Shown in pieces: positions 1 to 7,972 of a DNA stretch of 32,000 nt; positions within the stretch are counted from its first letter, which is position 1; every line of letters begins with the position of its first letter. Made by a program: the position numbers and the translations under genes. The DNA is taken from positions 960,001-992,000 of the forward strand of contig NC_009776.1 in assembly GCF_000017945.1 (NCBI RefSeq). Reading direction: 5' to 3'. A model generated the notes under the pieces. That model was not told the DNA's origin. It ran no database searches and saw only the letters and a program-made list of their open reading frames with translations. The DNA comes from Ignicoccus hospitalis KIN4/I. Its GTDB lineage: Archaea; Thermoproteota; Thermoprotei_A; Sulfolobales; Ignicoccaceae.

Positions 1-545
1 CAAGTGGCCCCGGCGGAGGCCACCAGCTTTGGCACGTTGAAGGGCCTCTCCAGCCACCCCTTGGGGGAGTACTTAGTCACCGAGCCCGGCGGGGTGGTCA
101 CGGTGGGCACGCCTCCGGTCATCGCTATGTTGAAGTTGTTCACCATGACGACGTTTATGTCTATGTTCCTCCTGGCCGCTTGAAGGGTGTGGTTCAAGCC
201 TATCTGGAACAAGTCGGCATCGCCGCCGAACACCCAGACGTTCAGCTCCGGCTTGGCCAGCTTTATCCCGGTGGCGAAGGCCACTGGCCTCCCGTGGGTG
301 GTGTGCATGGAGTCGACTTTGATGAACCCGCTTATCCTCCCGGAGCAGCCTATGCCGCTGACCACCACCAGCTTGTCGGGGTCGAGCTTGCCCTCTTGCA
401 CGAGCTCGTCCATGGCCCTCAAGAACGTGTTCAGTATCGTCCCTATCCCGCAGCCGGGGCAGAGGCTGTGGGGGAGGGCCTCCGCCCTGGCCAAGGCCAT
501 CTGGGGCATTCGCCTAAGCTTCCTCCTCGCCTCCTCCAAGCTCAT
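1..545 (-). CDS. 2-oxoacid:ferredoxin oxidoreductase, beta subunit (TPP-binding), C-terminus cut by window edge
   Basis: Reverse-strand reading from ATG at 545: MSLEEARRKLRRMPQMALARAEALPHSLCPGCGIGTILNTFLRAMDEL...VVSGIGCSGRISGF...THGRPVAFATGIKLAKPELNVWVFGGDADLFQIG; CPGCG, GIGCSGR and GGDAD motifs. Open to the window start, so absent from the ORF track. Confidence 0.93.
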   Translation of the reverse strand, partial: MSLEEARRKLRRMPQMALARAEALPHSLCPGCGIGTILNTFLRAMDELVQEGKLDPDKLVVVSGIGCSGRISGFIKVDSMHTTHGRPVAFATGIKLAKPELNVWVFGGDADLFQIGLNHTLQAARRNIDINVVMVNNFNIAMTGGVPTVTTPPGSVTKYSPKGWLERPFNVPKLVASAGAT

Positions 546-1675
546 ATCCTGACACCCCCCTCCTCCAAGATCTGTTCGGGCGGGATGGGGATCTCGCCTA
601 TCCTGTACACGAACGAAACCTTCTCCTCGGGGACGACCTTTAAGACGTTGTGGAGCATCTGGCCGTAGTTCCACTCCACCACTATCACCTTCTCCGCCTT
701 GGCCGCGACCTCCTTGAGCTCCTTGTCGGGGAAGGGCCACAAGGTCTTCGGCCTGAAGAGCGCTGCCTTCACGTCCTTCTTCCTCAACATGTTGACCGCC
801 TCCTTAGCTGACCTCGCCGGGAAGCCGTAGGCGAAGAGCAGCACTTGCGGCTCCGGGTCCCCGTAGAGCTCGTACTCCACTATCTTGTCCCTGTTCTTCC
901 TTATCTTGTCGCACAACCTCTTGACGAGCTTGTGGTGCGCCCAGGGGTCCTCGCTCACCGGTATGCCCCTCTCGTCGTGGGTGACCCCGGTGACGTGTAC
1001 CCTGTAGCCCTCCCCGAACTCCGGCATCGGGGGGACCAAGTCCTCCTCGGGCTCGAAGGGCTTGAACTGCTCCGGGGGCACCTTCGGCCTCTTGCGGTTC
1101 ACCACCTCCACCTTCTCCGGTATCACTACCTCCTCCATCAAGAGGACGGTCATCTTGTCAGCCATGACCAGCGCCGGAACCCTCCACCTCTCGGCGGCGT
1201 TGAAGGCCTTGACCGTCATGTCGAACATCTCTTGGACGCTGTAGGGGGAATACACCACGGTCTCGTAGTCGCCGTGGCCGCCCCACTTGGCTTGCATGAC
1301 GTCTTGCTGAGCGGCCTTGGTCGCTTGGCCGGTGGAGGGGCCCTCCCTCATTCCGTTTATCAAGACGACCGGGGTCTCCGTCATTGCCGCGTAGGAGATG
1401 TGCTCTTGCATCAGCGAGAAGCCCGGGCCGGAGGTGGAGGTGAAGGCCTTCGCCCCGGCCCAAGAGGCCCCTATCGCCGCCCCGAGGGCGGAGATCTCGT
1501 CCTCAGCCTCGAAGATCACCATCCCCTGCTTCGGCCCGTTCTTTACCATTTCCTCGGCTATGTCCGTGGCCGGCTCTATCGGGTAGTAGGCGAAGAAGTT
1601 GGCCCCGGCGGCGAGGGCCCCCATTGAGGCTGCCCACGCGCCGCTCTCGAAGTACTTGCCGGGCCTAACTGCCAA
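542..1675 (-). CDS. 2-oxoacid:ferredoxin oxidoreductase, alpha subunit
   Basis: ORF track 542..1732; GALAAGANFFAYYPIEPATDIAEEM, EDEISALGAAIGASWAGAKAFTSTSGPGFSLMQE, REGPSTGQATKAAQQDVMQAKWGGHGD. ATGA overlap with the beta subunit. Start trimmed to TTG 1675 because the longer version overlaps the divergent deoC ORF and the promoter at 1707-1720. Confidence 0.92.
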   Translation of the reverse strand: MAVRPGKYFESGAWAASMGALAAGANFFAYYPIEPATDIAEEMVKNGPKQGMVIFEAEDEISALGAAIGASWAGAKAFTSTSGPGFSLMQEHISYAAMTETPVVLINGMREGPSTGQATKAAQQDVMQAKWGGHGDYETVVYSPYSVQEMFDMTVKAFNAAERWRVPALVMADKMTVLLMEEVVIPEKVEVVNRKRPKVPPEQFKPFEPEEDLVPPMPEFGEGYRVHVTGVTHDERGIPVSEDPWAHHKLVKRLCDKIRKNRDKIVEYELYGDPEPQVLLFAYGFPARSAKEAVNMLRKKDVKAALFRPKTLWPFPDKELKEVAAKAEKVIVVEWNYGQMLHNVLKVVPEEKVSFVYRIGEIPIPPEQILEEGGVRI

Positions 1676-1706
1676 CCCCTGCGACCCGGCGCAAGCTTGA
1701 CTATAC

Positions 1707-1720
1707 GGCATATATCTGCC
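1707..1720. promoter_or_regulatory. Near-symmetric TATA element (GGCATATATCTGCC), candidate bidirectional core promoter for the oxidoreductase alpha gene and deoC
   Basis: Only AT-rich element between the divergent genes; about 26 bp spacing predicts starts near 1686 (-) and 1739 (+), just upstream of TTG 1675 and GTG 1773. Confidence 0.5.
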
Positions 1721-1772
1721 TATGCTCCACACATTAAGCTCCGCCCTCCCCCGAGTTCGACGGGCGCCCGAG

Positions 1773-2459
1773 GTGGACGTGCTCTCCTTGGTTAAGGCTT
1801 ACGGGCCCGAGGAGCTGGCCTCCCGGATAGACCAGACCCTCTTGGTCTCCACCTACGAGCAAGCCAAGGCCTTCGCCGAAAGGTCCTCTAAGTACCCCTT
1901 TAGGTCCTTAGTGGGCTTTCCCAGGGCGGTGAGGGCCTTCAAGGAGGTCTGGAAGGGTAGGACTTGCGCGGTCGTCAACTTCCCCTTCGGCGAGTCCCCG
2001 CTGAAGGCGGTGGAGGCGGAATTGGAGGAGGCTTGGGACGCCGGGGCGGAGGAGGTCGACGTGGTGGCCTCCCCCTACTTGGCGAAGGACGACATTAACA
2101 AGTACGGGGAGTACGTGAGGGAGATCTTAGGCGCGGCGAGGGCGGTGGGCTTCGACGTCGTGAAGGTCATAGTCGAGGCCCCCGTGCTGAGCGATGAAGA
2201 ACTTGCGAGGGTGGCGAAGGTGATATACGACCTAGGGGCAGACTTCTTGAAGACCGCCACGGGCACTTTACACAAGACCAGTTTGAGGGACGTGTACGTG
2301 GTCAAGAGGGCGGCGCCGGGGCTGGAGGTGAAGGCCTCCGGAGGGATAAGGGAGCCGGTGCAAGCGCTCTCCTTCATAGAGACCGGGGCCTCAGTTATAG
2401 GCACCAGCACCGGCATAGAGATAGTTGAAGAGTTGAAGAGGATAAAGGAGGTCGGTTGA
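1773..2459 (+). CDS. deoC: Deoxyribose-phosphate aldolase
   Basis: ORF track 1722..2459; VGFPRA, VVNFPFGESPLKAVEAELEEAWDAGAEEVDVV, VIVEAPVLSDEEL, DFLKTATG, VKASGGIREPVQALSFIETGASVIGTSTG. Start trimmed to GTG 1773 (GTG 1779 also possible). Confidence 0.93.
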   Translation: MDVLSLVKAYGPEELASRIDQTLLVSTYEQAKAFAERSSKYPFRSLVGFPRAVRAFKEVWKGRTCAVVNFPFGESPLKAVEAELEEAWDAGAEEVDVVASPYLAKDDINKYGEYVREILGAARAVGFDVVKVIVEAPVLSDEELARVAKVIYDLGADFLKTATGTLHKTSLRDVYVVKRAAPGLEVKASGGIREPVQALSFIETGASVIGTSTGIEIVEELKRIKEVG

Positions 2460-2498
2460 GACAGGTCCGATCACCGCTCACGTCCCGTGGCTCCTCAT

Positions 2499-2557
2499 CC
2501 CCCGTGAGGAAACGACGGTAAGCCGAAAGGTGGGGAGCGTTTCCCCTTACCGAGGGG
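2499..2557 (+). ncRNA. Candidate C/D-box 2'-O-methylation guide sRNA
   Basis: Terminal stem CCCC (2499-2502)/GGGG (2554-2557); C box GTGAGGA 2504-2510; guide AACGACGGTAAG; D' CCGA 2523-2526; C' GTGGGGA 2530-2536 (degenerate); guide GCGTTTCCCCTTA; D box CCGA 2550-2553. Sits in the gap between convergent deoC and ATP synthase E. Confidence 0.7.
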
Positions 2558-2558
2558 T

Positions 2559-3185
2559 TCAGAAGCCCAAGGCCTCTAAAACCTTGGGGTATACCTCCCT
2601 CAAGAGCTCGTCGAAGGCCTTCTCGAGGGTGTAGTTGTACCAAACGCCGCCGCTCTTGGACTTGCCCAGCACGCCTCCCTTAATTTCCCTCCCCACTTCT
2701 TTAACGTCCTTGACCTCGACCACGTTCTTCAACCCCTTCTCTTGCACCATCGCCCTCACGTCCTCCAAGTCGTCCGCCCTCACGTAGGCTATTACCTCGT
2801 CCTCGCCGGCCTCGTTAGACATGGCTATCAGCACCTTTTCTAAGAACTTCTTGTACCTCTCGGTCTTCTTCTCGGCCTCCTCGAGGGCCCTCTTCCAAGC
2901 CTCCTCTACCACCTTCTGGAAGAGCTCCTTCTTCCTCTCCTCTACCTTCCTCCTCACTTCCATGTCTATGGAGCTCTTCTCCGCGCTCAGCCTCGCTTGG
3001 GCGTCGGACAGCAGCTTCTCCACGTCTACTACGGCCCTCTCCAAGAGCTCCTCCTTCTTCTCGTTAAGGAGCTTCTCAGCCTCCTTAACGGCCTCCTCCA
3101 CCACGGAGTCTATCTTCGCCTTAGCGTCCTTCTCTATGTAGCTGGTAAGGTTCTTCACGTCGCCCGCGAACTCTACCTTCACCAA
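2559..3185 (-). CDS. atpE: A/V-type ATP synthase subunit E
   Basis: 208 aa; long charged helices, typical E-subunit layout (EEAVKEAEKLLNEKKEELLERAVVDVEKLLSDAQARLSAEKSSIDMEVRRKVEERKKELFQKVVEEAW...); adjacent to subunit F. Likely start GTG 3182. Confidence 0.8.
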   Translation of the reverse strand: MVKVEFAGDVKNLTSYIEKDAKAKIDSVVEEAVKEAEKLLNEKKEELLERAVVDVEKLLSDAQARLSAEKSSIDMEVRRKVEERKKELFQKVVEEAWKRALEEAEKKTERYKKFLEKVLIAMSNEAGEDEVIAYVRADDLEDVRAMVQEKGLKNVVEVKDVKEVGREIKGGVLGKSKSGGVWYNYTLEKAFDELLREVYPKVLEALGF

Positions 3186-3228
3186 GGCTTCCTCCCCCTA
3201 CCCTCAGCCTTCGGAACTTTTTTACCTC

Positions 3229-3537
3229 TCACCCGAAGCCCAACGCCTTTAGTAGGACCTCGTTGGGGTCCAGCTTGGGCGGCTTTTGCTTCCTCCCCGG
3301 AATTAGCGTGACGACGGGCTTGGAGACCTTAGAGGATATCTCCCTCACCTCCTCCTCAATCCCCACGGCTACGTCGTTAGAGACCAACACCACCGCCGCG
3401 TCCGGGGACTTGAGCAGCTCTACCAACCTCTCCTTGGTCTCATCCGGGGAGTTGACCTCGATCACCGAGGCCCCCGCCAGCCGGAAGAGGGGCGCGGTGT
3501 CCGGGTCTGTTATAACGTAGACCTTGCCTTCCTCCAA
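3229..3537 (-). CDS. atpF: A/V-type ATP synthase subunit F
   Basis: 102 aa; KVYVITDPDTAPLFRLAGASVIEV...VLVSNDVAVGIEEEVREISSKVSKPVVTLIPGRK. Confidence 0.8.
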   Translation of the reverse strand: MEEGKVYVITDPDTAPLFRLAGASVIEVNSPDETKERLVELLKSPDAAVVLVSNDVAVGIEEEVREISSKVSKPVVTLIPGRKQKPPKLDPNEVLLKALGFG

Positions 3538-3570
3538 GCTTTCCTCCCGAGCTCGCTCCTCCTTCCTCTC

Positions 3571-4965
3571 TTAAGACCCTTCGAGCTTACACTCCAGCCT
3601 CGCCCTCCCGAGGGACCAAGCGACCAAGCCCTTGAGCCGCTTGGCCCACCACTCCACAACCTCGTACGCGGAGTCCCAGTCTGCTAGGAGGGCTGCCAGC
3701 CCCGCTGCCGCCACGTCCGCCATTGGGGTGAACACCGCTACGTAGAAGGTGTACAGAGTCTTGTTCCCGGCCAGGTAAACGGCGCTGAGCCCCAGCAACG
3801 CGGAGACCAAGTATAAACTCGCGAGCCACGCGGGCTTGTAGGTCCTCTTCCTCCTCAAGGGGAAGAGCGCGAAAAACGAAATCAGCCCCAACTGCAAGAT
3901 CGAAGGGTTGGTGTAGACGTAGAGCGCGGGGTCCACGTAGAGCGGGCTGGGCTGATTGCCCGTTAGCCAGTCCAGCGGGCTGGCCGGCGGGGGGCCGGAG
4001 GGCCGGGAGGTCAAGAACCACTTGACCCCTCCGACCAGTCGGGAGAGCCACTGGTCGAAGCCCAAGCCCAGTATTATGGGGAGCGAGAGGACCACCAAGC
4101 CCACGGCGAAAGAGCCCAGGGGCCTGAGGAGGGAGCCCAGCGGGCTCTTGCCCCTCTCGTAGCGGTAGACGTAAGCTATCGGTATGAAGTAGAACAAAGC
4201 TGTGTACTTAGAGTTCGACGCCAACGCGTAGAAGAGCGTCGCGAGGGCCGGGCTGAGGGGGAGGGCGGCGAGCGAGAGGACCGAGAAGGAGGCCGCGTAG
4301 CCGTCGAGCATGGCTACCATGCTCATTACTCTGAACGCCTCGTCGAAGTGGAGTAAGAGGAGCGAGCCCAAGGAGAGTATCAAGCTCCTCGAGTACAAGT
4401 AGAGCGCGACGGGGAGGGCGAAGAAGGCCACGGACCCTAAGGCCACCCCGGGGAGCCTCCAGCTAGGGGGAAGGTCTTCTCCGAGCAGCTTCAGCCCTAT
4501 TATGTACTTCGCTAACGGAGGGTGCTCCAAGTTCAAGTACTTTAGTATTCCCTCGTGGTCGGGGTACTTCCAGCCGGGCTGAACCAAGGTTAAGTTGAAC
4601 TTTTCCGCGTCCTTCATGAGCTTCTTTATGCCCTCCGTGGAGTTGCCCACCAAGTAGGCGGCGTTCTCTATTTTTGAGTAGGGCTCCGAGTAGTCTATCC
4701 CGTACTGCGAGGAGTACAAGGAGATAAACTTGGTCAACGCAACTATATCCTTAGCTTGGACGGTTGCGTTGGAGGAGTTGGGGTAGGCGCGGAAGACCTC
4801 CCTCATGAGGTTTCTGGACGCGGACACGTACCACACTTCGTCACTGATGTAGTTGTACTTGAAAGGGGGCTTACTTATGAATTCTATTCCGAAGTTGTAG
4901 AAGTTCAAGGAAAACAGGAAAGAGAGCGCGAGCACAGCGGCCAGCTTCAACCTATCCGCGTTCAA
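3571..4965 (-). CDS. GT39/PMT-like membrane glycosyltransferase (dolichyl-phosphate-mannose-protein mannosyltransferase-like)
   Basis: 464 aa, multiple predicted TM segments; early DEVWYVSASRNLM, NLEHPPLAKYIIGLKLLG, SWRLPGVALGSVAFFALPVALY, FDEAFRVMSMVAMLDGYAA. Confidence 0.78.
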   Translation of the reverse strand: MNADRLKLAAVLALSFLFSLNFYNFGIEFISKPPFKYNYISDEVWYVSASRNLMREVFRAYPNSSNATVQAKDIVALTKFISLYSSQYGIDYSEPYSKIENAAYLVGNSTEGIKKLMKDAEKFNLTLVQPGWKYPDHEGILKYLNLEHPPLAKYIIGLKLLGEDLPPSWRLPGVALGSVAFFALPVALYLYSRSLILSLGSLLLLHFDEAFRVMSMVAMLDGYAASFSVLSLAALPLSPALATLFYALASNSKYTALFYFIPIAYVYRYERGKSPLGSLLRPLGSFAVGLVVLSLPIILGLGFDQWLSRLVGGVKWFLTSRPSGPPPASPLDWLTGNQPSPLYVDPALYVYTNPSILQLGLISFFALFPLRRKRTYKPAWLASLYLVSALLGLSAVYLAGNKTLYTFYVAVFTPMADVAAAGLAALLADWDSAYEVVEWWAKRLKGLVAWSLGRARLECKLEGS

Positions 4966-5096
4966 GCCTCTTCTTCCTCTTCGAAGTACTCTTCTTCGAT
5001 CTCTTCCTCTTCTAGGGCTTCCTCCTCCACTATGTAATCCTCTTCCTCTAGGAGCTCCTCCTCTTCTAGCTCTATGAACCTCTCCTCGAAGGACAC
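4962..5096 (-). CDS. Small ultra-acidic poly-glutamate protein (44 aa), not in the supplied ORF track
   Basis: GTG at 5096 to TGA 4962-4964: (V/M)SFEERFIELEEEELLEEEDYIVEEEALEEEEIEEEYFEEEEEA*. Stop overlaps the TTG start of the glycosyltransferase (TTGA). TATA-like TTTAT on the minus strand near 5130. Confidence 0.55.
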   Translation of the reverse strand: MSFEERFIELEEEELLEEEDYIVEEEALEEEEIEEEYFEEEEEA

Positions 5097-5136
5097 GCCC
5101 GGCCCCTGCGGGGCTGGCTCGAGGTCGAGATAAATC

Positions 5137-5898
5137 TTGCCTCCCCCAGCGCCCTTCGGGAAGCGGTCGTTGGGCGACCCGATAGAGGACTTGACGAAAA
5201 CGTTGCTGTCCTTAACCGAGCGCTACGGCCTCTTCGGAGTTTTCTTAATATCCTTCGTGGGCAACGCCATACCGTACGCCACGGTCCCCTACTTAGCCTT
5301 GATAGCGGCCCTAGCGGCCCAGAAGAGCTTGACCCTCCCGGAGGCGGTTCTCTGGTCCGTAGTGGGGGGCTTGGGGGCTGCCTTGGGGAAGGTAGTGGTC
5401 TACTTGACCGGCGTGGGCACCTCAGAGCTCTTGCCGGAGAAGGTGAGGAAGAACTTCGAGTTGTTCTCTAAGATAGCCCAGAGGGGGATATTCGTAGCGG
5501 TGTTCTTGTTCGCCGCCCTGCCCCTCCCGGACGACGTGCTGTACGTCCCGCTGGGCGTGGCTAGGTACCCCTTGATCAAGTTCTTCTTCGCAGTCTGGTT
5601 GGGCAAAATAATAATTACCTTCTTAAGCATAGCTTTCGGGAACGCGTACTCGAGGATCATGGAGGAGTACAACGTAAACGCTACGGAGAGCGCCATAATA
5701 TTGATAGTTGCCACAGTGGTGTTGATGGTAATAATAGGCAGGATGGACTGGGCCAGGATAGCGATAGCCCTCTCCCAGAGGGGCACCTTGTACGCGCTGT
5801 ACGTGATGAGCGACGAGCTGGCAAAGGCCATAGGCCTCAAGTGGCTGGCCAGAAAAATCTCCTCACTTCTTTCCAAACCTGAGGGAGCTGGTCACTAG
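5137..5898 (+). CDS. VTT/DedA-family (SNARE-associated) membrane protein
   Basis: ERYGLFGVFLISFVGNAIPYATVPYLALIAALAAQ; GGLGAALGKVVVYLTG; ALPLPDDVLYVPLGVARYPLIKFFFAVWLGKIIITF. Exact start uncertain (TTG). Confidence 0.8.
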   Translation: MPPPAPFGKRSLGDPIEDLTKTLLSLTERYGLFGVFLISFVGNAIPYATVPYLALIAALAAQKSLTLPEAVLWSVVGGLGAALGKVVVYLTGVGTSELLPEKVRKNFELFSKIAQRGIFVAVFLFAALPLPDDVLYVPLGVARYPLIKFFFAVWLGKIIITFLSIAFGNAYSRIMEEYNVNATESAIILIVATVVLMVIIGRMDWARIAIALSQRGTLYALYVMSDELAKAIGLKWLARKISSLLSKPEGAGH

Positions 5899-7212
5899 CA
5901 CCTCGCTCTCGAATATCTTTATTGTTACCCACAGCAAGGCCGCCGTGGCCGCCACCATGGCCCCCACGCTCCCCGCGGCCTCCACCCAAGCGCCCTTCAA
6001 CGCTTGGTCTATCGCCAAGACCGCGTAGGTGTGGGGGATCACGAAGACCAAGGCCCTCCAAGGCATGGGTATGGCGCTGACGTCCGCGTACATCGCGTAC
6101 AAGATTATTAGCAAGGGCACCATCTGGATCACCCCTCCCAAGGACTGGGCGCTCCTCACGCTGTCTGTCAAGGCTGCTACGGGCATCAACATGGCGGCTG
6201 TGGAGGCTACCACCATTAGCATCACCAGCCCGTGGAGGGCCACCGTGGGGAGGTCCACCGTGAGGGAGCTCACCACCTCCCTCTCCGCGCTCAACGAGGC
6301 CATGCCGGCTATCTGGGAGTTGAGTATCTGAATGTATAGGAGTAGGCCAACTACGTCCGCGACCGCGGCTATCAAGCCCAACACCAAAGTGGCTGAGAAC
6401 TTACCCAACACTACGTTCCTCCTCCTAACGGGCGAGGCCAAGAGCGTCTCCAAGGTCTTCCTCTCCTTCTCCCCGGCCACCGAGTCGCTCACGAACGCCA
6501 ACACGGGCGCGGAGACGTAGAAGATCGAGAACAAGAGGAGCTTAGAGCTCATCAGCTTGCTCAGCTGCGCCCTGCTTATGGCCTCCCCAGTCACGCTGAC
6601 GTATTGGGTCTTCACCTTCAAGGGGTTCAAGACTGCGTCGGGGCTCACCTCGGTGGCGTTGCAACAAGCCAAGAGTATTTGGGCCCTCTGGGCGGCCACT
6701 TGGGAGGAGACCATCTTCAAGACTTGTATTATGCTTTGGTATATCGCCGTGCTCCCCACGCCAACCCCCTTGCTGCTGGCCTTGTAGTAGACAACCACCT
6801 CGGTAACATTGAACATCGTGGGGTCCATGGCCAACATCTTGATGCTGAAGTCCTTAGGTATGATCACTATTACGTCATAATCCTTCACCTCGTCCAAGCT
6901 CTTCACAACTATTACCTTGGTCGTCGGGTTTATCCTCTTTACAGTCTCGTTTATCAGCCTCGCCACTTGCTCGCCCAAGTTCACCTTCTGAGGTTCCAAG
7001 GGGGCCAGCGGCTGGAACGAGAGGGGAGGGGCTTCCGCACCCACGTCTTGGTTCACTATAACCACGGTTAGAGGCACGGTCTTGAGAGCCAGTATCAGCA
7101 GTTGGGCCATCAATGGGAGCATGAAAGCGGGCAAGAAGATCGCGGTGAAGAGCGTCTTCCTGTCCCTAGAGAGGTCCTTGAGCTCCTTCCATATGACCGC
7201 CTTAAGCTGCAC
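5863..7212 (-). CDS. ABC-2 type transporter permease (NatB-like exporter)
   Basis: MQLKAVIWKELKDLSRDRKTLFTAIFLPAFMLPLMAQLLI; SVAGEKERKTLETLLASPVRRRNVVLGKFSATLVLG; overlaps the upstream ATPase gene. Confidence 0.87.
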   Translation of the reverse strand: MQLKAVIWKELKDLSRDRKTLFTAIFLPAFMLPLMAQLLILALKTVPLTVVIVNQDVGAEAPPLSFQPLAPLEPQKVNLGEQVARLINETVKRINPTTKVIVVKSLDEVKDYDVIVIIPKDFSIKMLAMDPTMFNVTEVVVYYKASSKGVGVGSTAIYQSIIQVLKMVSSQVAAQRAQILLACCNATEVSPDAVLNPLKVKTQYVSVTGEAISRAQLSKLMSSKLLLFSIFYVSAPVLAFVSDSVAGEKERKTLETLLASPVRRRNVVLGKFSATLVLGLIAAVADVVGLLLYIQILNSQIAGMASLSAEREVVSSLTVDLPTVALHGLVMLMVVASTAAMLMPVAALTDSVRSAQSLGGVIQMVPLLIILYAMYADVSAIPMPWRALVFVIPHTYAVLAIDQALKGAWVEAAGSVGAMVAATAALLWVTIKIFESEVLVTSSLRFGKK

Positions 7213-7942
7213 CCTCCCCCACCTCCGTGGCCTTGACGAAGGCCTCCTCCAAGTTCTTGGCGTTGAACTCCCTCTTCAGCTCTTCGGGGGAACCGATCGT
7301 TATTATTTTACCGTTTACTATGAATGCTACCCTGTCGCACAAGTACTCAACCTCAAGCATGTTGTGGCTCGAGAGTATCACGCTAGCTCCGGTCTTCTTT
7401 ACGAACTCCTTTATACTGTCCCTTACTTTGATAGAGGAGTAGACGTCTAGCCCGGAGGTGGGCTCGTCCAGTATCGCGAGCTTCGGGCGGACCATCAAGG
7501 TCCTAGCCAAGGCGAGCCTCCTCCTCATCCCCTTGCTATAAGTCTTCGTCAAGTTGTGAATTGCGTCGCCCAAGTTAGCTATCTTTATGCCCTCCTCAAT
7601 CGCTTCTTCCCTCTCCTTCGGGTCGTCGAAGTATATCATAGCGAAGAACTTGAGGTTCTCATAGCCGGTCAGCCTCAAGTATACGTCGCTCTCCTCGGGC
7701 AAGTAGGAGATCATCCTCCTTACCTCCTCTCGCTCCCTCACCACGCTCTTTCCGTATACTATTATGTCGCCCTTGTCGGGCTTGAGTATTCCAGTTATTA
7801 TCCTCAAGGTTGTGGTCTTTCCGGCGCCGTTGGGGCCCAGGAGGCCGAAGACCTCGCCCTCCTCCACCTCGAAGCTCACGCCCCTCAGGACGGTCTTCTT
7901 GCCGAAGGACCTCCAGACGTCCTTAACTTCGACCGCCGGCAA
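7202..7942 (-). CDS. ABC transporter ATP-binding protein
   Basis: Walker A GPNGAGKTTTLR; signature YSKGMRRRLALARTLMVRPKLAILDEPTSGLD; switch SSHNM. Confidence 0.96.
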   Translation of the reverse strand: MPAVEVKDVWRSFGKKTVLRGVSFEVEEGEVFGLLGPNGAGKTTTLRIITGILKPDKGDIIVYGKSVVREREEVRRMISYLPEESDVYLRLTGYENLKFFAMIYFDDPKEREEAIEEGIKIANLGDAIHNLTKTYSKGMRRRLALARTLMVRPKLAILDEPTSGLDVYSSIKVRDSIKEFVKKTGASVILSSHNMLEVEYLCDRVAFIVNGKIITIGSPEELKREFNAKNLEEAFVKATEVGEGAA

Positions 7943-7972
7943 CCTCGGCTTCCGGGGGCGGGGGGACGGGGC

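Noticed and set aside
845-1627. 260-aa plus-strand ORF
   Set aside because: Antisense to the well-supported oxidoreductase alpha gene; low-complexity composition is a by-product of GC-rich codon usage.
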